This document shows positions 1 to 11,400 of a DNA stretch of 64,000 nt, piece by piece (the first letter of the stretch is position 1; the number at the start of each line of letters is the position of its first letter). This stretch comes from Raja brachyura. Its lineage: Eukaryota. The notes under the pieces are model-generated. The model made no database searches. It was not told where the DNA came from and saw only the letters and a program-made list of their open reading frames with translations. The translations under genes were made by a program, and so were the position numbers. The stretch is from the NCBI GenBank assembly GCA_963514005.1, contig OY740782.1:150970001-151034000 (forward strand). The letters are read 5' to 3'.

Positions 1-305
1 CCCGGTTAGTAAATTATATTAATGGGAAGCGGACGTTTATAGAATGGGCAATTAATCCCAGAAATGTACATACACATTGCTTTCTCCAAAACTATTCATA
101 AACGGTTGGTTATAAGCAGCTGTGTCTACAAGTGGCCTTGATTTTGGATACAATTGTTGAGGATGATCACCTCAATGTAAAAACAGCTCATAGGAAATTA
201 ATATCCCTAATGTTAATGTTCGTATTATTTTGGTAAATAATAAATAAAATACAATGTTGTATATTAGAATAGATTGTGAACGTCTTCACGTTCTGCTTTG
301 CGTAG

Positions 306-433
306 ATTACGCCGACAACGTTCGTCTGGAGGACTATGAGGAAGACAGAGACAATATCTGGACAACTGCTTCCACATTCATTATCCTGTTCTTCCTGAGC
401 ATTTCCTACGGTGCTGCCGTAACTCTGGTGAAG
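306..433 (+). CDS. IGHM: IgM transmembrane exon TM1 of a second cluster whose upstream exons lie outside the window
   Basis: Acceptor ctttgcgtag|AT. Encodes (D)YADNVRLEDYEEDRDNIWTTASTFIILFFLSISYGAAVTLVK, an acidic spacer plus a CART-type Ig TM helix. Donor AAG|GCGAGT. Confidence 0.93.
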
Positions 434-567
434 GCGAGTTCATTCCACTTACTTTTCCACCTGATTGAAGAGCACGGCAAAATATCGATTCTCGTACTCT
501 TTGGATGTCCTGGCATCTAAGTCACAGACTGCTAATACACTTTCATATTCTCTCCTTCTCTTTACAG

Positions 568-576
568 GTCAAGTGA
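568..576 (+). CDS. IGHM: IgM TM2 exon (VK-stop), second cluster
   Basis: Polypyrimidine tract tctccttctctttacag|GTC AAG TGA gives the canonical KVK cytoplasmic tail. Confidence 0.9.
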   Translation, partial: VK

Positions 577-949
577 CGATTGAATGATGAAAACCGTGTA
601 TTTTTCTGACCGGACTATGGACGTCGTTGTAACCAAAGGAAATGTTCAAATCTGAAGCGGACAATATCATAAGCAATAGTCCATTCTGTCTATCTGACTT
701 GTTTGATATTGCCTAGTTGCCTTTAGTATAGCGTTAATGTATCAAACTATTTTAATCGGCATTTGAATATCATGTGAAAAGAAGTCAATTTTCTCAAACG
801 GTAAACGTTTCTTTTTTTATTTTGATCTTTTTTCTATACATTCTCTTTTTCTTTAGCATGGGCCATATTTGTGTCCTTCCGGTATTGAATGCCGTTGTAT
901 AGAAAGTCGGGAACGCTGTTTATGTGAGATCGTCAACTTCATGTTAAAT

Positions 950-1190
950 TCAGACACACTATCTATGCCTGTCATTATTCTAACAGCTTCTACCGGGTCT
1001 CCCTTCAACCTCCAACGCGCCGAAGAAAACAATCCATGTTTGCCAACCTCTTCTTATAGCTAATGATTCTAACCCCTGCAGCATTCTAGTAAACCTCTTC
1101 TGCATCTTCTCCAAAGCCTCCACATTATTCCTTCGAAGGGACGACCTGACCTCCACACTATACTCCAAGTGCGGCCAAACCAAAAGCCTG
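950..1190 (-). mobile_element. Degenerate CR1-type LINE fragment in the TM 3' UTR region
   Basis: Minus ORF contains LVWPHLEYSV...ALEKMQKRFTRMLQGL, a CR1 ORF2 C-terminal motif. Confidence 0.75.
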
Positions 1191-1499
1191 TAAATAAAAT
1201 GTAATGTAAATACATGTGTAAATACATACCCAACAATCCAACGGGTGCGCACATTCCACGTATGAGCAAATATCTATTTACTCCTTTTCTGCTCAATTGT
1301 CCTTTCCTTAATTCAGAGCTAACCTTTGACTCTCGAGCTACATGTTCAATGTACCTGGTCTCAGCGTGGAATTCAGTTGTTTTGACCACTTTGTGTTATG
1401 CTGTTAAAAACGTCTCTGTAATATGTTTCTGTTAAATCACAAATAAAAGCAGAACTACAAAAGCCTAACCTGGTTTGCTATGTTCGTTTCTCGAACGAA

Positions 1500-1967
1500 C
1501 CCTGGGATGGCGGGACTGTCATATGAGGAAAGTTTGAAAAGACTAGGCTTGTATTCTCTGGAGTTTAGAAGTATGAGGGGAGATCTTATAGAAACATATA
1601 AAATTATAAACGGACTGGCCAAGCTAGATGCAGGAAAAATGTTCCCAATGTTGGGCGAGTCCCGAACCAGGACCCACAGTCTTAGAATAAAGGGGAGGTC
1701 ATTGAAGACTGAGGTGAGAAAAAACTTTTTTACTCAGAGAGTTGTGAATTTATGTAATTCCCTGCCACAGAGGGAAGTGGAGGCCAAATCACTGGATGGA
1801 TTTAAGAAAGAGTTGGATAGAGCTCTAGGGGCTAGTGGAGTCAAGGGATATGGCGAGAAGGCAGGCACGGGTTATTGATAGCGGATGATCAGCCATGATA
1901 ACATTGAATGGTGGTGCTTGATCGAAGGGCCGAATGGCCTCCTACACCTATTTTCTATGTTTCTATG
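1500..1967 (+). mobile_element. CR1 LINE 3' end
   Basis: [35 protein letters not shown]...NFFTQRVVN, followed by a 3' UTR ending (TTTCTATG)n. Confidence 0.9.
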
Positions 1968-2539
1968 AACCAGCACCTTACGATAAATGCGCTGTCGTAT
2001 TTCTTCGTATTCCACCATTTCCCTAAATATATTTTTTCTCAGATCGTCACTGGCTAGTAGAACAGGAGTGACTTTGATTATGCGACCATTGCGCGCTCGG
2101 GTGTCCGATGACATTAAGGTCAAATATATTTGAATGCATTTTATGCCAAAGTTCCAGGAGGAGAACAACCACATAGGCTCATTTTGCAACCTCCCCTGAT
2201 ACAGTAGCTATCTTCGACAAATAGGTCGTCGTGACGAACTGTTTGCTCCCCCAAGCTCTATGTAACAATACCTTCTTATATTATTGTCGAATATTCCAAA
2301 AAAATGTTTCAGAGCAACGAGAGTGCACTTGATACAGCCGCACCGGCAGAGAGATCAGCAAAGTACGTGGGTATGATTCTGGGTATGGAGACTAGAACGC
2401 GCAAGAAGAGACAATGATAGACATTAAGAATTAATTAGCAGCATCTGGAATTAGCTGGGATCACATTACTCCAACCGATAGTAAATTAGTTCAGGTCGAT
2501 TTGCCTGTTACCCAACTTGGGTATGCTTTCACTTAGACA

Positions 2540-4910
2540 TTGGTTTAATATAATGTATTCACATAATACTAAAGAGGAAGACTTATCAATTATTTCATTG
2601 GATGCAGAAAAAGCATTTGACCAGGTGGGATAATCTCTTCAAAGTATTGCAAAAAATTCAAATGGGAGAGAATTTTATCTTATGGGTAAAATTATTATAT
2701 GACAAGCCAACTGCTAGAATACTGACTAATAATATACTCTCTTCGAAATTTCAACGATCCAGGGGCAATAGAGTGGGATGTGCACTCTCACCCCTGCTAT
2801 TTGCTCTTGTGATAGAACCCTTAGCAGAAAGTATAAGAATGCATCCGAACATCCATGTTTATAATACAAAACATACAAATAATAAAATATCGCTATATGC
2901 AGACGACGTAATATTATATATTACAAAATCGCAAATCAGCATGCCAAATATATTAAATTTAATAGAGGAATTTGGATCCTTTTCAGGGTATAGAATAAAT
3001 TGGAATAAAAGTGAAAATATGACGATAAAACCTCAAGAACCGACACACCTTTTAAAATTCCCCTTTAGAATTGCTACAGAAAAAGTTAAATATCTGGGTA
3101 TTCAAATTACTAGAAAATATAAATATTCATTCAATGCAAACTACATGTCCTTACTTACTAAAATGCTCTGATTAAATTTTGGAAAACACTACCGATGTCT
3201 TTAATAGGCAGAATAAATGCCAAAGAAATTATTTTTCTGCCACAAATCTTATATTTATTTCAATCAATACCAATATATTTACCTACATTTTTTTTGTAAA
3301 AAGTTGACTCTGATATCACAAATTTTATGTGGGACTATAAGTCCCATAGAATTCAAAGCAGACACTTGTGTAAACCCAAGGAATTTGGCGGACTGACACT
3401 ACCCAACTTTCTGTACTATCACTGGGCAACTAATACTAAAAATTTAATTTACTTGTTGGACAATTCTGCCCAACAGGTAGATTGGATAGCAACGGAGAGA
3501 GAAGACTGCTCTCCTTTTAATATAGGAGCGATCCTTCTCTCACCAATAAAACTGAATAATACAATATACAAGAAAATCCAATTATTCATCGTACAATACG
3601 AACGTGGAAACAAATAAAATTTACTTTCAAATTAAGAAATCTATTGCGTCTCCTATTGTTAATAATCCGTCGTTTAAACCATCTATTATTGATAAAACGT
3701 TTACACACTGGGAAAGAATAGGAATTAAAACCTTTGGAGAAATGTATGAAATGGGAAATCTTTTATCATTCCAACAACTACAACTTAAAAATAACCTGAA
3801 AAGTAATCAGTACTTTAAATATCTTCAAATCCGTGACTACTTGAAAAAACATACAAAAGAACATAAAACTTTGACTTCAGATATACTAGATGAAGCTATG
3901 AACAGAAAGGCAGATTCTACTAATTTAATATCATATTTGTAAAATATCATTTTAAACATAGAGATACCACCATCTGATGCAATCAGAAGCGATTGGGAAC
4001 AAGAATTATCTATAAATATCTCGAAAGACAGATGGGATAAATATTTTCTATATGTGCATAAATGCTCGATAAATGTGAGACATACCTTAATTCAATGTAA
4101 CATTTTACATAGATTATATTACTCAAAAACTAAATGGAATCAAATATTTCCAACTGTCTCACCCATCTGTGATAAATGCTTATCTCAAGATGCAACTACA
4201 GCACACTCTTTTGTCTTTTGCATAAAACTTCAGAAGTTTTGGAATTAAATTTTTGAAATTTTTACAAAAGTATTTAAAACGGAAATGAACCCCAATGCAG
4301 AATTGATTATCTTTGGAACAATGGAGACCGGCTCTGAGCTGACTTCGTTCCAAGAGAGTTTCCTTAATTATGGCTTAATAACGGCAAAAATACTTATATT
4401 AAAATTCAGGAAAAATGCACCAACACCAACGCTTAAAATGTGGATTTCAAACATGTCTGAATTGTTGCACCTGGAAGATATGAGATTGGTCCCAGCAGGC
4501 AAAGCTGACCAATTCTTAAAGATTTGGTCTCCCTTTATCGATTTATTACAAGCATATGGTGCAACATAATCCTGAAAATAAACGGTTTCAGAACTGGGTG
4601 AGGGGTGCGCAAAGATATGAAGTAGGTATATTCCTTCCAGTTTATTTTCCTTTCATTATCTTTTCTGTTTTACTTTCCTGTTATTTATTAAAATTTTATT
4701 TTATTTTTTATATCTCTCCTCCTTTCTCTCTTTATCTTGTACTTTTCACGAACGATCACTTTCACCACTTTACCTAACTTTCTTTTTCTCTCTTTTTGCT
4801 TTTATTACATTTTTATTATTAAATTCAAAAACAAGAAGTTGTATCTGAAATGTATTATATTATTCCTAATGTACCCTATTGTATATGACTTCGAATAAAA
4901 ATATTATAAA
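2540..4910 (+). mobile_element. 5'-truncated, frameshifted L1-clade LINE (ORF2 RT to C-terminal Cys-rich domain)
   Basis: GCALSPLLFALVIEPL, ISLYADDV, SGYRINWNKSE, YLGIQI, GGLTLPN, CDKC...AHSFVFC. Ends in AATAAA plus an A-rich tail near 4893-4910. Confidence 0.9.
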
Positions 4911-5074
4911 GGAGACATTGGTTGGGCCTTTGACGGCGGGTGAGTGAGATAGTATCGGCCCCCAAAACAAGAATAGGCCACACGGAGCCACAAAGCCACT
5001 CATCCCACTAGTTGGGTTTCCTGGACTACTCTCGGCTGATTCCATTCAGCGCACTATCAGGGTAACCACATTTA

Positions 5075-5620
5075 AAGTCTTGAGTATAGGAGCAGGGAGG
5101 TTCTATTGTAGTTGTGCAGGGCCTTGGTGAGACCACACCTGGAGTATTGCGTACAGTTTTGATCTCCTCATCTGAGGAAAGACATTCTTGCCATAGAGGG
5201 AGTACAGAGAAGGTTCACTGGACTGATTCCTGGGATGGCAGGACTTTCATATGAGGAAAGACTGGATAGACTCGGCTTGTACTCGCTGGAATTTAGAAGA
5301 TTGAGGGGGGATCTTATAGAAACTTTAAAAATTCTTAAGGGACAGGCTAGATGCAGGAAGATTGTTCCCGATGTTGGGGAAGTCCAGAACAAGGGGTCAC
5401 AGTTTAAGGATAAGGGAGAAGTCTTTTTGGACCAAGATGAAAAAAACATTTTTCACACAGAGAGTGGTGAATCTGTGGAATTCTCTGTCACAGAAGGTAG
5501 TTGAGGCCAGTTCATTGGTTATATTTAAGAGGGAGTTAAATGTGGCCCTTGTGGCTACAGGGGATATGGAGAGAAGGCAGGAACAGGATACAGAGTTGGA
5601 TGATCAGCCATGATCATATT
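5075..5620 (+). mobile_element. CR1 LINE 3' fragment
   Basis: [11 protein letters not shown]..., [26 protein letters not shown]. Confidence 0.9.
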
Positions 5621-8165
5621 TATCTATTTATTTATTTATTTGTTCATTTGTTCCGAACAAGTAAAGACATAAATAGGAATAAATAACAACAACAAAATCA
5701 AAACAGTCAAACAATTGGACATTCCAGGCAATATTTGCAAAGCAATGAAAAGCATAAAGCAACATTTAAATGTCCAACACTTTTTCTTTACAAGCTCGAA
5801 AAGGAGTGAGAAGAAGAATAACTTATTTAATCTCACCCCTTCTCCCTAAACCCTTCTTCCATGTTTAATAATTAATTAATTATTATTATAATTATCACCA
5901 TTATTAATAACATTGCTTATAATAATAATAATAATAATGATAATGTATCAATAGTAATGTAATATGTAACATAATATACAATATATAATCTACAATAGCT
6001 AATTATTCATTTGAGATACAATTTAACCGTAGACGTACCCCAGACAATGTTTAGAGATCCATACGGACATATATATACATACAACTGATAAACACATACA
6101 AGTAATATGTATGAAGTAACCAAAAAACATAAATAAATAATAAATAAAATCAATAAATAAACATTAACCCCTGTTTGTCAACCATCCCCTTCATCCCTGT
6201 ACCTTGTGAAAACAAGTTTTTTGTCTGTCATTTTGAACTGGTTCATGTTTGGACATTGCTTTAACTCCACATTCAAACTGTTCCACAATCCCACTCCACA
6301 GACCGAAATACAAAACGTTTTTCTGGTCGTGCGGACTCTTTGTACCTTAAAATTGAATATTCTTCTTAAATTATAACCCCCCCCACTCGCTCATTGAATA
6401 ATTTTTGTATATTTCCAGGTAAGTTTTTATTTTTGGCCCTAAACATTATCTGTGCTGTTTTAAATGCAACCAAATCTGCTCATTTTAATAATTTTGACTG
6501 TAAGAATAATGAATTAGTGTGATCCAGATACCTGACATCGTGAATAATGCGTATTGCTCTTTTTTGCAGAATAGTTAATGAATGTAGCGAACTTTTATAG
6601 TTATTGCCCCAGACTTCTGCACAGTAATTTAGGGTAAGATTAACCATATAACAATTACAGCACGGAAACAGGCCTTCTCGGCCCTTGCAGTCCGTGCCGA
6701 CCATTTATTTTCCCCTAGCCCCATCTACCTGCACTCAGACTATACCCTCCATTCTCTTCCCGTCCATATACCTATCCACTTTACTTTTAAATGTTAAAAT
6801 CGATCCTGCCTCCACCACTACTGCAGGAAGCTCATTCAACACAGCCACCACTCGCTGAGTAAAGAAGTTCCCCCTCATGTTAGCCCGAAACTTCTGTCCC
6901 TTAATTCTCATGTCATGCCCTCTTGTTTGAATCTTCCCTACCCTCAATGGGAAAAGCTTATCCACGTCAACTCTGTCTATCCCTTTCATCATTTTAAAGA
7001 CCTTAAATTAGTGAACAGTAGAGAATGCGGAGTGATTTGTGATCCAGAACCTGCTTGTCTTTGTGTAATACAGAAATGCTTTTTGACAGTTTAGATTGTA
7101 CATGTTTAATGTGTGATTTCCAGCTGATTCTATCATCCATTATAACCCCAAGAAATTTATTTTCATGAACTCGTTCAATTTCAACCCCATTTATCTTTAT
7201 ATTCGCTTGTGTATTTGTTCTGCAATTACCAAATAACATTATTTTGGTTTTGCTCAAGTTGAATGATATTTTTTTCCTGTCAAACCATGTTTTCAGTTTG
7301 CCCATTTCTTTTGTTATTTTGTCCAGTAGTTGTTTTAAATTCTCCCCAGAACAAAAAATATTTGTGTCGTCTGCGAACAAGACCAGCCTCAAGGCATTGG
7401 ACACATTACAAATGTCGTTTATCTCCACGATGAATAGTTTTGGACCCAACACTGACCCCTGGGGGACACCACAAGCAATGTCCAAACATGCAGAACTGTA
7501 GCTGCCCAGCTTCACAAACTGTTGCCTGTTACTTAAATAGCTTTTTATCCAATCCAGTACTGGGCCTCTGATGCCATACCTTTCTAATTTTTTAAATAAG
7601 ATATCATGATTGATCGTATCAAATGCTTTCTTTATATCAATAAATATCCCAGCTGCATATAGATTATTGCCAATAGCGTCTGTGATATCTTCAATTGATT
7701 CTAGTATTGCAAGTGATGTTCATCTGTTTGATCTGAATCCATATTGACTTTCAGTGATTAGTTTATGCTTTTCCGACTAAATCCGAACCAACACAACCTT
7801 ACAGAAGAATTTGTCAACACAATGTGCAGTATGAGTCTATTTCCCAAAATCACCAGACCCAGTAGAATTACTTCCTATTGTGGTACACTCATTGACAATA
7901 TATTCAACAATGACTTTGAAAACAAAACAGTAAGTGGATTATTAATCAACGATATAAGTGACCACTTGCCAGTTTTCATAGTTTATAATTACATCCACAG
8001 GAACAACAAACCATACAAACTAACAGAATATAGACGAGTGAGATCGGAGGAAGCTATCAATGCACTAAAAAAGGACTTACTGCCACAAAACTGGGACATA
8101 ATATACCAAAAAAGAGACATTGACAGTGCTTATGAAACATTTATTACTATGTTTAAGTCATTATA
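5621..8165 (-). mobile_element. CR1/L2-group (Crack-like) LINE: RT on the minus strand with an inverted endonuclease segment at about 7770-8165
   Basis: Minus strand: QYGF, GIFIDIKKAFD, GVPQGSVLGPKLF, LFADDTN and a (TAAA)n tail near 5625. Plus strand 7765-8165: PSRIT...TLIDNIF...ISDHLPVF (APE endonuclease C-terminus). Confidence 0.8.
6643..7002 (-). mobile_element. CR1 3' fragment present only in the left arm
   Basis: KGIDRVD..TRGH..NFFTQRVV. It interrupts sequence that is contiguous in the right arm (23521-23570), and ATTA is repeated at both junctions. Confidence 0.85.
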
Positions 8166-8411
8166 TGTCATTAAGTCATTTCCCCATTGCTGCTTTATCC
8201 CCATATCCCTTGATTCCGTTAGCCCCAAACGGTATATCTAGCTCTCTCTTGGAAACATCCAGTGAATTGGCCTCCGCAGGGCCAGCCTTAGGAGGTGCGG
8301 GGCCCAATTACGAACAATTTTCATAGAAATATAAATATATAATTATAAATTAGTCATATTCAGGCACGTGTCGTGAGTAATATGACAGACAGTTGGCTTT
8401 AAAAAAAATCT

Positions 8412-11400
8412 TACTCAAAATCAAACTCTCAAACTCTCAAACTATTAAACTCTCAAACTCAAACTCTCAAACTCAAACTCTCAAACTCAAACTCAATCTC
8501 TCAAACTCAAACACTCAAACTCTCAAACTCAAACACTCAAACTCTCACTCAAACTCTAAAACTCAAACTCTCAAACTCAAACTCTCAAACACTCAAACTC
8601 AAACTCACAACCTCAAACAATCAAACTCTCACTCAAACTCTCAAACTCAAACTCTAATTCTCAAACTCTAACTAACTCAAACTCCCAAACTCCCAAACTC
8701 TCAAACTCTCACTCTCAAACTCAAAATCTCAAACTCAAACTCTCAAACTCAAACACTCAAACTCAAACACTCAAACTCTCAAACACTCAAACTCTAACTC
8801 TCAAACTCAAACACTCAAACTCTCAAACACTCAAACTCTCAAACACTCAAACTCGCACTCAAACTTTCACTCAAACTCTCAAACTTTCACTCAAACTCTC
8901 AAACTCTCAGACTTAAACTCTCAAACACAAACTCTCCAACACTCAAACTCTCAAACTCAAATTCTCAAACTCAAACTCTCAAACTCAAACTGAAACTCTC
9001 AAACTCAAACTCAAACTCTCAAACTCAAACTCTCAAAATCTCACTCAAACTCTCAGTCAAGCTCTCAGTCAAACTCTAACTCTCAAACTCTCAAATTCTC
9101 AAACTCAAACATTCAAACTCTCACTCACTCAAACTCTCAAACACAAACTCTCAAACTCAAACTCTCAAACTCAAACCCTCAAACTCTAACTTTCAAATTC
9201 TAACTCTCAAACTCTAACTAACTCTAAATAACTAAAACTCTCAAACTCTCAAACTCAAACACTCAAATTCTCAAACTCAAACTCTCAAAATCAATCTCTC
9301 AAACTCTCAAACTCAAACTATCAAACTCAAACACTCAAACTCACTCTCAAACTCAAACACTCAAACTCAAACACTCAAACTCTAAAACTCAAACTCTCAA
9401 ACTCAAACTCTCAAACTCAAACTCTCAAACACTCAAACTCAAACTCACAACCTCAAACAATCAAACTCTCACTCAAACTCTCAAACTCAAACTCTAATTC
9501 TCAAACTCTAACTAACTCAAACTCCCAAACTCCCAAACTCTCAAACTCTCACTCTCAAACTCAAAATCTCAAACTCTCATTCAAACTCTCAAACACAAAC
9601 TCTCAAACTCAAACACTCAAACTCACTCTCAAACTCTCAAACACAAACTCTCAAACACTCAAATCTCAAACTCAAAATCTCAAACTCAAACTCTCAAACT
9701 CAATCTCAAACTCTCAAACTCAAACACTCAAACTCTCAAACACTCACACTCAAACACTCAAACTCTAACTCTCAAACTCAAACACTCAAACTCTCAAACA
9801 CTCAAACTCTCAAACACTCAAACTCGCACTCAAACTTTCACTCAAACTCTCAAACTTTCACTCAAACTCTCAAACTCTCAGACTTAAACTCTCAAACACA
9901 AACTCTCCAACACTCAAACTCTCAAACTCAAACTCTCAAACTCAAACTGAAACTCTCAAACTCAAACTCAAACTCTCAAACTCAAACTCTCAAAATCTCA
10001 CTCAAACTCTCAGTCAAACTCTCAGTCAAACTCTAACTCTCAAACTCTCAAATTCTCAAACTCAAACATTCAAACTCTCACTCACTCAAACTCTCAAACA
10101 CAAACTCTCAAACTCAAACTCTCAAACTCAAACCCTCAAACTCTAACTTTCAAATTCTAACTCTCAAACTCTAACTAACTCTAAATAACTAAAACTCTCA
10201 AACTCTCAAACTCAAACACTCAAATTCTCAAACTCAAACTCTCAAAATCAATCTCTCAAACTCTCAAACTCAAACTATCAAACTCACTCTCAAACTCAAA
10301 CTCTCAGACTCAAACTCTCAAACACAAACTCTCAAACTCAAACTCTCAAACTCAACATCTCTAACTCTCAAACACTCACACACAAACACTGAAACTCAAA
10401 CACTCAAACTCAAACACTCAAACTCTCACTCAAACTCTAAAACTCAAACTTTCACACTGTGAAACTAAAACTCTCAAACATTCAAACTCTCAAACTCTCA
10501 CACTCAAACTCTCGAAATCAAACTCTCACATTCAAACTCTCAAACTCTCAGTCTCAAACTCAAACTCAAACCCTAACTCTCAAACTCTAACTAACTCTAA
10601 CTAACTTAAACTCTCAAACTGCCAAACACCCAAACTCTCAAACTCATAAACCATAAACTATCAAACTCTCACTCAAACTCAAACTTTCAAACTCTCAAAC
10701 TCAAACACTCAAACTCACTCTCAAACACAAACTCTCAGACTCAACCTCTCAAACACAATCTCTCAAACTCAAAACTCTCAAACATAAACTCTCAAACAAA
10801 CTCTCAAACACTCAAACTCTCAAACTCAAACTCTCAAACTAACTTAAACTCGCAAACTCTCACTCAATCTCTCAAACTCAAACTCTAACTCTCAATCTCT
10901 AACTCTAACTAACTCTAACTTAAACTCTCAAACTCTCAAATTCTCACTCAAACACTCAAACCCACTCAAACTCTCAAACTCAAACTCTCAGACTCAAACT
11001 CTCAAACACACAAACTCTCAAACTCAAACTCAATCTCAGAAACTCTCAAACACAAACACTCATACTCAAACTCTCAAACTCTCAACACGAACTCACAACC
11101 TCAAACTATCAAACTCTCAATCAAACACTCAAACTCAAACTCTAACTCTAACTCTCAAACTCCAACTAACTCTAACTAACTTAAACTCTCACTCCCAAAC
11201 TCTCAAAATCAATCTCAAACTCTGAAACTCAAACTCTCAAACTCAAACTCACAAACTCAAACACTCAAACTCACTCTCAAACTCAAACTCTCAGACTCAA
11301 ACTCTCAAACTCAAATTCTCAAACTCAAACTCAACATCTCTAACTCTCACTCCAACTCTCAAACACTCACACACAAACACTGAAACTCAAACACTCAAAC

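Larger units (their letters stand above)
1..7364 (+). repeat. Left arm of a large inverted segmental duplication (partner 23179-30157)
   Basis: Window start cccggttagtaaattata is the reverse complement of 30140-30157. TM exons, CR1, L1 and Crack-like fragments recur in mirror order, and paired ORFs are near-identical (254..520+ vs 29638..29904-; 4285..4569+ vs 25598..25882-). Similarity ends at 7364/23179. Confidence 0.95.

Noticed and set aside
254-520. 88-aa ORF (and mirror 29638..29904) as a standalone gene
   Set aside because: It is TM1 plus flanking intron read in frame; clear splice sites delimit the real exon.
8393-8671. Lys/Ser/Asn/Gln-rich 92-aa ORF
   Set aside because: Translation of the satellite.
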